NCBI GenBank assembly: GCA_030390025.1
Contig: CM059443.1
Location: 40,672,001-40,736,000, forward strand
Direction of reading: 5' to 3'
DNA from: Squalus acanthias
Lineage: Eukaryota
DNA: 64,000 bases
The notes beneath the pieces were generated by a model, which saw nothing but the letters and a program-made list of their open reading frames with translations, had not been told where the DNA came from and made no database searches. The position numbers and the translations under genes are program-made. Shown here in pieces: positions 22,565 to 33,664 of the stretch; the stretch's first letter is position 1, and each line of letters starts with the position of its first letter.

Positions 22565-24592
22565 GGGGGCCGGAGAGCGGGCGGTGCAGAGTGCTCCTGG
22601 TGCAGTGAGAGCGGGCGGTGCCGAGTGCTCCCGGTGCAGTGAGAGCGGGGGCGGTGCCGAGTGCTCCCGGTGCAGAGCGAGCGGGCAGTGCCGAGTGCTC
22701 CCGGTGCAGTGAGAGCGGGCGGTGCTGAGTGCGCCCGGTGCAGTGAGAGCGGGGGCGGTGCCGAGTGCTCCCGGTGCAGAGCGAGCGGGTGGTGCCGAGT
22801 GCTCCCCGTGCAGAGAGCGGGCAGGGCCGAGTGCTCCCGGTGCAGAGAGCGGGGGCGGGGCCGAGTGCTCCCGGTGCAGAGAGCGGGCGGGGCCGAGTGC
22901 TCCCGGTGCAGAGAGCGGGCGGTGCCGAGTGCTCCCGGTGCAGAGAGTGGGCGGGGCCGAGTGCTCCCGGTGCAGTGAGAGCGGGAGGGGCCGAGTGCTC
23001 CCGGTGCAGAGAGAGCGGGAGGGGCCGAGTGCTCCCGGTGCAGAGAGCGGGCGGTGCCGAGTGCTCCCGGTGCAGTGAGAGCGGGAGGGGCCGAGTGCTC
23101 CCGGTGCAGAGAGCGGGCGGCGCCGAGTGCTCCCGGTGCAGAGCGAGTGGGCGGGGCCGAGTGCTCCCGGTGCAGAGAGCGGGCGGGGCCGAGTGCTCCC
23201 GGTGCAGAGAGCGGGCGGGGCCGAGTGCTCCCGGTGCAGAGAGCGGGCGGGGCCGAGTGCTCCCGGTGCAGTGAGAGCGGGAGGGGCCGAGTGCTCCCGG
23301 TGCAGAGAGCGGGCGGTGCCGAGTGCTCCCGGTGCAGAGCGAGCGGGCGGGGCCGAGTGCTCCCGGTGCAGAGAGCGGGCAGGTGCAGAGTGCTCCCGGT
23401 GCACAGAATCCCCACAGTGCAGATTGAGGCCATTTCGGCCCATCGAGCCTGCACCGACACATATCCCATCCTATCCCCGTAACCCCACGTATTTAATCCC
23501 CCTAACACTAAGGGTCAATTTATCATAGCCAAATCAACCTAACCCGCTTTGGACTGTGGGAGGAAACTGGAGCACCCGGAGGAAACCCACGCAGACACGG
23601 GGAGAAGGTGCAAACTCCACACAGACAGTCACCCGAGGCCGGATTCGAACCCAGGTCCCTGGCGCTGTCAGGCAACAGTGCTAACCACTATGCCACCGTG
23701 TTGCAGAGCGAGCGGGCGGTGCCGAGTGCTCCCGGTGCAGAGAGCGGGCGGGGCCGAGTGCTCCCGGTGCAGAGAGCGGGCGGGGCCGAGTGTTCCCGGG
23801 GGCCGGAGAGCGGGGGTGGGGCCGAGTGCTCCCGGTGCAGAGAGCGGGCGGGGCCGAGTGCTCCCGGTGCAGAGAGCGGGGGCGAGGCCGAGTGCTCCCG
23901 GTGCTGAGCGAGCGGGTGGGGCCAAGTGCTCCCGGTGCAGAGAGCGGGCGGGGCCGAGTGCTCCCGGTGCAGAGAGCGGGGGCGAGGCCGAGTGCTCCCG
24001 GTGCTGAGCGAGCGGGTGGGGCCAAGTGCTCCCGGTGCAGAGCGAGCGGGCGGGGCAGAGTGCTCCCGGTGCAGAGCGAGCGGGCGGGGCCGAGTGCTCC
24101 CGGTGCAGAGCAAGCGGGGGCGGGGCCGAGTGCTCCCGGTGCAGTGAGAGCGGGTGGGGCCGAGTGCTCCCGGTGCAGAGAGCGGGCGGTGCCGAGTGCT
24201 CCCGGTGCAGAGAGCGGGCGGTGCCGAGTGCTCCCGGTGCAGAGCGAGCGGGCGGGGCCGAGTGCTCCCGGTGCAGAGCGAGCGGGCGGGGCCGAGTGCT
24301 CCCGGTGCAGAGCGAGCGGGGCCGAGTGCTCCCGGTGCAGTGAGAGCGGGGGCGGGGCCGAGTGCTCCCGGTGCAGTGAGAGCGGGGGCGGGGCCGAGTG
24401 CTCCCGGTGCAGTGAGAGCGGGGGCGGGGCCGAGTGCTCCCGGTGCAGAGCGAGCTGGCGGGGCCGAGTGCTCCCGGTGCAGAGCGAGCTGGCGGGGCCG
24501 AGTGCTCCCGGTGCAGAGCGAGCTGGCGGGGCAGAGTGCTCCCGGTGCAGAGAGCGGGCGGGGCCGAGTGCTCCCGGTGCAGAGCGAGCGCA
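22565..24592. repeat. GC-rich 32-36-bp minisatellite, interrupted by a SINE
   Basis: gagagcgggcggggccgagtgctcccggtgca. Confidence 0.95.
23403..23703 (-). mobile_element. HE1-type V-SINE
   Basis: V-domain ggagcacccggaggaaacccacgcagacacggggagaa, tRNA B-box (attcgaaccc) and a CR1-like tail. Confidence 0.85.
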
Positions 24593-24657
24593 CCTACCAC
24601 CACTGTAGCCAAGATGGACTCAGTGCAGAGTGGCACAAGATCCCGGGACTTCCTGCT

Positions 24658-25555
24658 CAGTGAGGAGGATGCAAAGAGGCTTCAAGGCGATTTAGACAAG
24701 TCGAGTGAGTGGGCAAATACATGGCAGATGCAGTATAACGTGGATAAATGTGAAGTTATCCACTTCGGTAGGAAAAACAGAAAGGCAGAGTATTATTTAA
24801 ATGGTGATAGATTGGGAAATGTTGATGTACAGAGGGACCTGGGTGTCCTTGTACACCAGTCACTGAAAGCAAACATGCAGGTGCAGCAAGCAGTTAGGAA
24901 GGCAAATGGTATGTTGGCCTTCATTGCAAGAGGATTTGAGTACAGGAGCAAGGATGTCTTACTACAGTTATACAGAGCCTTGGTGAGACAACACCTGGAG
25001 TACTGTGTGCAGTTTTGGTCTCCTTACCTAAGAAAGGATAGACTTGCCATAGAGGGAGTGCAGCGAAGGTTCACCAGACTGATTCCTGGGATGGCAGGAC
25101 TGTCGTATGAGGAGAGATTGGGTCGACTAGGCCTGTATTCACTAGAGTTTAGAAGAATGAGAGGAGATCTCATTGAAACGTATAAAATTCTGACAGGGCT
25201 AGACAGACTGGATGCAGGGAGGATGTTTCCCCTGGCTGGGGGTCTAGAACGAGGGGTCACAGTCTCAGGATACGGGGTTGGACATTTAGGACTGAGATGA
25301 AGAGAAATTTCTTCACTCAGAGGGTGGTGAACCTGTGGAATTCTCTACCACAGAATGCTGTGGAGGCCAAGTCACTGAATATATTGAAGAAGGAGACGGA
25401 TAGATTTCTAGACACAAAAGGCATCAAGGGGTATGGGGAGAGAGTGGGAATATGGTATTGAGATAGAGGATCAGCCATGATCATATTGAATGGTGGAGCA
25501 GGCTCGAAGGGCCGAATGGCCGACTCCTGCTCCTATTTTTCTATGTTTCTATGTC
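24658..25555 (+). mobile_element. CR1 3' fragment
   Basis: WQMQYNVDKCEVIHFG and HLEYCVQFWSP motifs; ctatgttt tail. Confidence 0.92.
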
Positions 25556-25610
25556 TGTCTCTGGATGCGGATGTTTGGGCCATTTAACCAAACACCTTTA
25601 AACACCTCAC

Positions 25611-25684
25611 CTTTTTATTGCAGCTCGATTGGCAGGTGTACTGGATCTTCATCAAACACTTCTTGTGACAAGTCATTTTGCAGG
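25611..25684 (-). CDS. MYO9B: MYO9B exon: second half of the C1 zinc finger (most 5' MYO9B exon visible)
   Basis: attcctag| phase 1 and AAG|gtgagg; CKMTCHKKCLMKIQYTCQSSCNKK. Confidence 0.9.
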
Positions 25685-26294
25685 CTAGGAATGGAAAGGA
25701 AACAGACAGTTTAGCAGGTCCGACCCCGGCTACTGACCATCAAGGTCCTCGAAAGCTCTTCCCAAGCAACACACCACCAGTTGGGACTGACGAATGAACC
25801 TTCAATCGACTCGATTAAATCTTCCTCCCAGCAGAAACACTAGTCGAAGTGAATATTGACATCACTGTGTCGGTCGATGGTCGGCACGACTTGTGGTTTT
25901 AAGTTACTGAAACTTCAGCAAACTGAGTCTCCAAACTCATGACCGAAACTGCAGCAACAGCTCCTGATAATACAGGGTGATTTCCCCAGCAACACGCAGT
26001 GAGTGGACAATAGTCACGCAATGTGTGTAAAATCAATCCCAGTCACTGACAGCAGCGCAATCTCCAGACGGGGGAATCATCTCCATTCTGGCCGGGAATA
26101 GTGGGGTCACCGTACACGGAATAGTGGGGTCACCGTACACGGAATAGTGGGGTCACCGTACACAGCCAATACTTGGTACACACCTGGTGTGGACCACCTG
26201 TGTTATGGGTAAAGGATGCTCTCCCCTCCAACACCCCCCCTTCCCGCCTAACACCCCCTTCCCCCCCCCACTCTCTCCTCTCCTTTACCCCGAC

Positions 26295-26493
26295 NNNNNN
26301 NNNNNNNNNNNNNNNNNNNNNNNNNNNNNNNNNNNNNNNNNNNNNNNNNNNNNNNNNNNNNNNNNNNNNNNNNNNNNNNNNNNNNNNNNNNNNNNNNNNN
26401 NNNNNNNNNNNNNNNNNNNNNNNNNNNNNNNNNNNNNNNNNNNNNNNNNNNNNNNNNNNNNNNNNNNNNNNNNNNNNNNNNNNNNNNNNNNNN
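26295..26493. other. Assembly gap or masked run (others at 46550-46724, 47165-47510, 47650-48013, 62604-63361)
   Basis: N runs, each adjacent to low-complexity DNA. Confidence 0.95.
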
Positions 26494-27049
26494 NGAGTGT
26501 GGGGTGGGGGGGATTGTCGGGGGCGGATACTGTGTGGAGGAGGCGAGGGATGAGCCTGCTGGTCGTGTTCTTGCCCTGATTCTCCTCAGTCACTGCCGGT
26601 GTTGTTGTGGAGCTGCAGTGAGGGTCTCCGGCCCGCGGGTGGAGCTCACGCTACAGTTTGGGCTGAAATTCTGTCAACAGTTTGTGAAAAGTTGGTGCGA
26701 GGACAAAATGGGCAATTGTGTGAAAGCGTTAACAGCCCCAGGAGCTCTGCGTAAACAAGAAATCTGTTCAACGTTTGAGGCTCCCTGTGCGTGTTTGGCT
26801 GATTTGAAAGTACTTTATTTACTGTGCCCTTGTCTCACATTAATGGAATATTCAAGCACATCTACCCAAATCTCAAGCATCATCTGCAAAATACAACTTT
26901 AGCAGCATTGAAAAATGTTTTTTAAATTATTTTTGACGGTCCCACATTGAAGCCCTGGGCCGTGCTGAATTCGATGATCGGAGCTCGGGGAACCTTGGGC
27001 CTCAGAGCCACTGTGCGGGGGACAGGAACAATCAACATTCAGGAGTCAT

Positions 27050-27848
27050 TGCAACAGGAGGAGGCCATTCAGCCCCTCGAGCCTGCTCCGCCATTCAATC
27101 AGATCAGGGCTGATCGGTAACTCAGCTCCATCGACCCACCCTTGCTCCCTAACCCATGATACCCTTACCCAACAAATATCGATCAATCTCAGTTTTGACA
27201 TTTTCAATTGTCCCCCAGCCTCAACAGCTTTTTGGGGGAGAGAGTTCCAAATTTCCACTACCCTTTGTGTGAAGAAGTGCTTCCTGACATCACCCCTGAA
27301 CGGCCTGGCTCTAATTTTAAGGTTCTGCCCCCTTGTTCTGGACTCCCCCCACCAGAGGAAATAGTTCCTCTCTATCTACCCTATCAACTCCTTTAATCAT
27401 CTTAAACACCTCGATCAGATCCCCCTTAATCTTCTAAACTCGAGGGAATACAAGCCTAGATTAGGCAACCTGTCCTCATAATTTAACCCTTTTAGCCCCG
27501 GTATCATTCTGGTGAATCTGCGCTGCTCCCCCTCCAAGGCCGATATATCCTTCCTGAGGTGCGGGGCCCAGAACTGAACCCAGTTACTCCAGATGGGGTC
27601 TAACCAGAGCTCTGTACAACTGAAGCTTCACTTCCTCCCCTTTGTATTCCAGCCCCCTCGAGATAAAGACCAACATTCCATCAGCCTCTTAGACTACTTT
27701 ATGAACCTGCCCACGAGCTTTTAGTAATTTGTGTACAGGGGCACTCAAATCCCTTCGCTCCTCCACAGCTTCTAGTCTCTCACCATTAAGAACATATTCC
27801 GATTTATCTTTCCCTGATCCAAAGTGGATAACCTCACACTTCCCACTC
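27050..27848 (-). mobile_element. CR1 3' fragment
   Basis: KCEVIHFG and WNSLPQKAVEA motifs. Confidence 0.85.
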
Positions 27849-27937
27849 AACAACTCATGCTTGGAAGAGAATGTGTGTTTGTGTATATCTGTGTGTGTGA
27901 GTGTGTGTGTGACGCCCCCTGCCCCCCCCCCAGCTGG

Positions 27938-28555
27938 TGTCACTGGACAGTGATCAGGAGCAGGAACCCTGGCTGATTTCCCCTCTCTCTAACCCAGCGG
28001 TCACTGGACAGTGATCAGGAGCAGGAACCCTGGCTGATTTCCCCTCTCTCTAACCCAGCGGTCACTGGACAGTGATCAGGAGCAGGAACCCTGGCTGATT
28101 TCCCCTCTCTCTAACCCTGGGATCACTAGGCAGTGATCAGGAGCAGGAACCCTGGCTGATTTCCCCTCTCTCTATCCCAGGGGTCACTGGGCAGTGATCA
28201 GGAGCAGGAACCCTGGCTGATTTCCCCTCTCCCTAACCCAGGGGTCACTGGACAGTGATCAGGAGCAGGAACCCTGGCTGATTTCCCCTCTCTCTAACCC
28301 AGGGATCACTGGGCAGTGATCAGGAGCAGGAACCCTGGCTAATTTCCCCTCTCTCTAACCCTGGGATCACTGGGCAGTGATCAGGAGCAGGAACCCTGGC
28401 TGATTTCCCCTCTCTCTAACCCTGGGATCACTGGGCAGTGATCAGGAGCAGGAACCCTGGCTGATTTCCCCTCTTTCTAACCCAGGGGTCACTGGACTGT
28501 GATCAGGAGCAGGAACCCGGTCTGACCTTTCCCCTCTCTCTAATGCAGGGTCCCT
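27938..28555. repeat. 61-bp minisatellite, about 10 copies, derived from a SINE body
   Basis: gtcactggacagtgatcaggagcaggaaccctggctgatttcccctctctctaacccag; single reverse copies near 34780 and 62340. Confidence 0.9.
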
Positions 28556-29227
28556 GAGACCAGTGGTAGTGCCAGTCTAAGATTGGCTAACCCGGCACCC
28601 AGGACCTCCCTGCTCTGTGACTCGGTGCCACACCGAGCGAGGCGTTTACACACCGGACCGCCAGGCAGCAGGCGGCCCATCTGGATAACATCCCCCAGTG
28701 AAGGCGGCAGCAGTTCAGAGCTGGGCTAACCTTTGCGAAGACATTTTCAAAGGCGCTGGGAGAACATGTTTAGCCGGGCTGACATTCTGCAAAGCTGTTA
28801 TTACACATCTGAGTTTTGACGGTATTTTAAAAATAGTTTACGGTCTGAGTTTACCTGCACTGTAGTCATCCGAAAAATTAAAACTAAAAAAAAAACGCTT
28901 TAAATTAATCATTGTTTCCTTTTCACCTGCTCACAACAAAAAAAATCTCCTAACATCTTTGAAATCTTTAAATTGGTAGGGCTCGGGTAAAGGAGTGTCT
29001 GGGACGGTGCGGGTGGAGACACATTAGCTGAGTGAGGGAAGGAACGCAGATAAGAGACTTGGCATCGCAGGCTGGAACGCACAAGCACAGAATGATTATC
29101 ACTTAAATACCACATGTGGAGAGGCAGCCCCTGCCACACAGCTGGATTCGGCTTCACGCCCCACACAAGCAAACTCCTCGTTGCCGAGGCTTTGCAGAGG
29201 GAGCCTGTTCGCGTTGACTTTAGGTGC

Positions 29228-30886
29228 ATAGAAGATAGGAGCAGGAGTAGGCCATTCGGCCCCTCGAGCCTGCTCCGCCATTCAATGAGATCATGGCTGA
29301 TCATCCAAACTCAGTACCCTGTCCCTGCTTTCTCCCCATATCCCTTGGTCCTTTTAGCCTTAAGAAATATATCTAACTCCTTTTTGAATATATTTAATGA
29401 ATTGGCCTCAACTGCCCTCTGTGGTAGAGAATTCCACAGGTTCACCACTCTCTGGATGAAGAACTCAGACTCGCGCTCTCACTTGGATCATAGAATCAAA
29501 CAGCACAGAAGGAGGCCATTCGGCCCATCAAGCCTTTGAAAGAGCTCTCCAATTAGTCCCACTCCCCTGCTCTTTCCCCATAGCCCTGCAAAATTTCCCC
29601 TTCAAATATTTATCCAATTCCCTTTTGAAAGTTATTATTGAATCTGCTTTCAAGCAGCGCATTCCAGATCACAACAACTCGCTGCGTAAAAAAAATTCTC
29701 CTCATCTCCCCTCTGGTTCTCTTGCCGATTATCTTCAATCTGTGTCCTCTGGTTACCGACCCTCCTGCCACTGGAAACAGTTTCTCCTTATTTACTCGAT
29801 CAAAATCTGCTTTTCTTGACATATATTAATGACTTGGACTGTGGGAGTACAGGGCACAATTTCAAAATTTGCAGATGACACAAAACTTGGAAGTATAGTG
29901 AACAGTGAGGAGGATAGTGATAGACTTCAGGAAGACATAGACAGGCTGGTGAAATGGGCGGACACGTGGCAGATGAAATTTAACGCAGAAAAGTGCGAAT
30001 TGATACATTTTGGTAGAAAGAATGAGGAGAGGCAATATAAACTGAATGGTACAATCCTAAAGGGGGTGCATGAACAGAGAGATCTGGGGGTATATGTGCA
30101 CAAATCGTTGAAGGTGGCAGGACATGTTGAGAAAGCAGTTAAAAAGGCTTATGGGATCCTGGGCTTCATGAATAGAGGTATAGAGTACAAAAGCGTGGAA
30201 ATTATGATGAACCTGTATAAAACACTGGTTCGGCCTCAACTGGAGTATTGTGTCCAATTCTGGGCACCGCACTTTAGGAAGGATGTGAAGGCTTTGGAGA
30301 GGGTGCAGAGGAGATTTACGAGAATGATTCCAGGGATGAGGGACTTCAGTTACGTGGATAGACTGGAGAAGCTGGGGTTGTTCTCCTTGGAGCAGAGAAG
30401 ATTGAGAGGAGATTTAATAGAGGTGTTCAAAATCATGAGGGGTCCAGACAGAGTAGATAGAGAGAAACTGTTCCCATTGGCAGAAGGGTTGAGAACCAGA
30501 GGACACAGATTTAAGGTGATTGGCAAAAGAACCAAAGGCGACATGAGGAAAAACTTTTTTACGCAGCGAGTGGTTATGATCTGGGATGCACTGCCTGAAA
30601 GGGTGGTGGAGGCAGACTCAATCGTGGCTTTCAAAAGGGAAGTGGATAAGTACCTGAAGGAAAGAAATTTGCAGGGCTATGGGGAAAGGGCGGGGGAGTG
30701 GGACTAGCTGAAGTGCTCTTGCAGAGAGCCGGCACGGGCTCGACGGGCCGAATGGCCTCCTTCTGTGCTGTAACCAGTCTATGATTCTATGAAAACCCCT
30801 CATGATTTTGAACACCTCTATCAAATCTCCCCTTAACATTCTCTGCTCTAAGGAGAACAATCCCAGCTTCTCCAGTCTCTGCACTG
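29228..30886. mobile_element. Nested CR1 cluster: a + strand copy (about 29810-30790, open 292-aa RT fragment) inside a - strand copy
   Basis: ISKFADDTKLG motif; the minus copy breaks at about 29805 and resumes at about 30791. Confidence 0.88.
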
Positions 30887-30931
30887 AGCTGTTATTACAC
30901 ATTCCGAGTTTTGACTGTTTTCTGAAATAGT

Positions 30932-30963
30932 TCAAGCTCTGATTTTTCCTACGCTGTAACCAT
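30932..30963 (-). CDS. CPAMD8: Candidate CPAMD8 terminal exon (DGYSVGKIRA*)
   Basis: gttttgcag acceptor; phase 1 compatible with the donor at 31610; no homology support. Confidence 0.35.
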
Positions 30964-31609
30964 CTGCAAAACACGGAAAATTTGTTGTTGTTGTGTCGGG
31001 GGTCTGCGTTTTGGGGTCTGCATGTTTGGTTGAATTCCTGCGCGGAGGCAAAGTCGCCCCTCCCACCTCAGGTTAACCTCTCACCTCTTGTGAACCTCTT
31101 TGATTGACAGTCTAACGCCTGAACATCTCCACAGACACTGCCCGCGGGGGAGGGGGGCAGTTTGACCCATCCATGTCTCATCTTCCTCCCCAGGATATGA
31201 TGACCCTCCCCCCCCCGCTCGACCTTCTCTCTCCCTGATGGTGCCGACTCTCACCAGGGTACAGGCTGCACGGGCACCCTCGGTTACCTCAGCCCGCGTG
31301 AGCCGGGGTGGTGAGTGTCGGCAGGATGTTCGCCTGTGGAGGCGGCGCAGGTATCGCGGCCAAGCCCCGATCTTGTCCTCCCACAAAGGTCGGGCCAGAT
31401 CAGTGGGCGGCCACCGAGGGCGGGAACCCTGGCCGATTCATCACTCGCCTCGACCGCTGCCCCGCTTGCGGTCAGCTCGCTCAGCACAGGACCGGGAGAC
31501 GCTCCTGCCCTGTGTGGGGCAGTGCTGCACGAGGCACTCGCCAACTGGCCAGTCCCACTGGGAGCCCAGGGGTTAACCGCGGGCACGGTGAGTAGCGGCT
31601 GAGACTTAC

Positions 31610-31684
31610 CTGCTTGGCTGTGTTCCGTCAGTGGCAGCTTCACCGGCGACGCCACTGGCTCGCTTGCTCCAGGGATGGTGTCCA
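31610..31684 (-). CDS. CPAMD8: Probable CPAMD8 post-Kazal exon
   Basis: cttcctccccgcag| and CAG|gtaagt; phase 1-1; DTIPGASEPVASPVKLPLTEHSQA; the frame also stays open to 31284 if the donor is skipped. Confidence 0.6.
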
Positions 31685-31776
31685 CTGCGGGGAGGAAGCA
31701 GAGGTCAGAGGTCAGCCTACTGTCCTGGCTCAGGGAGTGCCTGCCAACATTCAACATCAAATAAGGACCATCGGAT

Positions 31777-32453
31777 CCTCATCCCAAACCCAGGGAACAA
31801 CCTCATTCCAAACCCAAGGAACACCCTCATTCCAAACCCAGGGAACAATCATCCCAAACCCAGGGAACAATCATCCCAAACCCAGGGAACACCCTCAGCC
31901 CAAACCCAGGGAACAACCATCCCAAACCCAGGGAACAACCATCCCAAACCCAGGGAACAACCATCCCAAACCCAGGGAACAACCATCCCAAACCCAGGGA
32001 ACAATCATCCCAAACCCAGGGAACAATCATCCCAAACCCAGGGAACACCCTCATCCCAAACCCAGGGAACACCCTCATCCCAAACCCAGGGAACAATCAT
32101 CCCAAACCCAGGGAACACCCTCATCCCAAACCCAGGGAACACCCTCATTCCAAACCCAGGGAACACCCTCATTCCAAACCCAGGGAACACCCTCATTCCA
32201 AACCCAGGGAACACCCTCATTCCAAACCCAGGGAACACCCTCATTCCAAACCCAGGGAACACCCTCATCCCAAACCCAGGGAACACCCTCATTCCAAACC
32301 CAGGGAACAATCATCCCAAACCCAGGGAACACCCTCATTCCAAACCCAGGGAACAATCATCCCAAACCCAGGGAACAATCATCCCAAACCCAGGGAACAC
32401 CCTCATCCCAAACCCAGGGAACAATCATCCCAAACCCAGGGAACACCCTCAGC
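31777..32453. repeat. 22-24-bp minisatellite
   Basis: atcccaaacccagggaacaccctc variants. Confidence 0.95.
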
Positions 32454-32717
32454 CCAGCTGGGCTGGGCTCATGTCCATCCCAAATATGGAGAGTTGATAT
32501 CTATCCCACTGTACAATGAGAGAGAGACACACAGACAGAGGGATACAGGTCGAGAGAGAGACAGGTTGAGAGAGAGACCGAGACATGAGCAGAACGATAG
32601 AGAAACAGGGATGGGCAAACTGACAGAGAGACATGTAGATAGAGAGAGACAGGGGCAGAGGGAAAGAGAACTGGAGAATGGGAGAGAGAAAGAGATAGAC
32701 AGAGAGAAAAAGACCAA

Positions 32718-33092
32718 CCTTATAAAATTCTAACAGGACTAGACAGACTAGATGCAGGAAGGATGTTCCTGATGGCGGGGGAGTCCAGAACCAAGGGTCA
32801 CAGTCTAAGGATAAGGGGTAAGCCATTTAGGACTGAGATGAGGAGGAATTTCTTCACCCAGAGAGTGGTGAACCTGTGGAATTCTCTACCACAGAAGGCA
32901 GTTGAGGCCAATTCATTAAATATATTCAAGAAGGAGTTAGATATATTTCTTAAGGCTAAAGGTATTAAGGGATATGGGGAGAAGGCAGGGACAGGGTACT
33001 GAATTTGGATGATCAGCCATGATCTCATTAAATGGCGGAACAGGCTCGAGGGGCCGAATGGCCTACTCCTGCTCCTATCTTCTATGTTTCTA
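32718..33092 (+). mobile_element. CR1 3' fragment
   Basis: RRNFFTQRVVNLWNSLP motif. Confidence 0.88.
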
Positions 33093-33266
33093 TCTGATCG
33101 GTTTGCCCTGAATTTGCCGGCCCCAATGATTTAGTCCCTGAGACACACGGTCTCCATCCGACAGCGACCTTTAACCCCTCTGCTTGGCTCAAATTGAGCT
33201 CAGGTCCCGGAGTTGACCAATCGCTGTTTGGTGGTAAAGCTCGAGTGTGAACCGAGGGTCTCTTAC

Positions 33267-33479
33267 TGGAGGGGCACTGTGACACGGGGACCTGCTCGAT
33301 TCTGGTGTTGTTTCGACATGCCGCCACCTCCATCTGACACTGGTTCCGATACAGAACTCCATCGGAGCCACACACGGGCGTCCCATCGAAGCCACAGTCA
33401 CGGTAACACGCGCAGAGCTCGTAGCGTTCCTCCTCCAGACAGTCATACACATTCTTACAGGTGCCAGACTGGACGAACC
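33267..33479 (-). CDS. CPAMD8: CPAMD8 Kazal-domain exon
   Basis: attgtag| and A|gtaaga; CACYRDCGFDGTPVCGSDGVLYRNQCQMEVAACRNN. Confidence 0.92.
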
Positions 33480-33664
33480 CTACAATAAACACAAAGAGCA
33501 TTAAAACAACTCAACTGGCCCAAATCATTTTGATCTTGTCCAGCCCTTTAGCCCTGTCGGAGGACCAGGTTCTTCCTCTGGTCAGCAGGGGGCGATGGGC
33601 TGGGCTCCAGTACACCAACAACAACAACCTGCAATCATACAGCACCTGTCTCTCCCTCGGCCCG

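Noticed and set aside
23630-23700. tRNA gene
   Set aside because: It is the tRNA-derived head of a SINE, continuous with the V-domain.
22509-24663. Long ORFs across the GC-rich minisatellite
   Set aside because: Repeat artefacts; only 22269-22461 is a real exon.
29829-30707. 292-aa open RT frame as a domesticated gene
   Set aside because: Typical young 5'-truncated CR1 lacking the N-terminal RT motifs.
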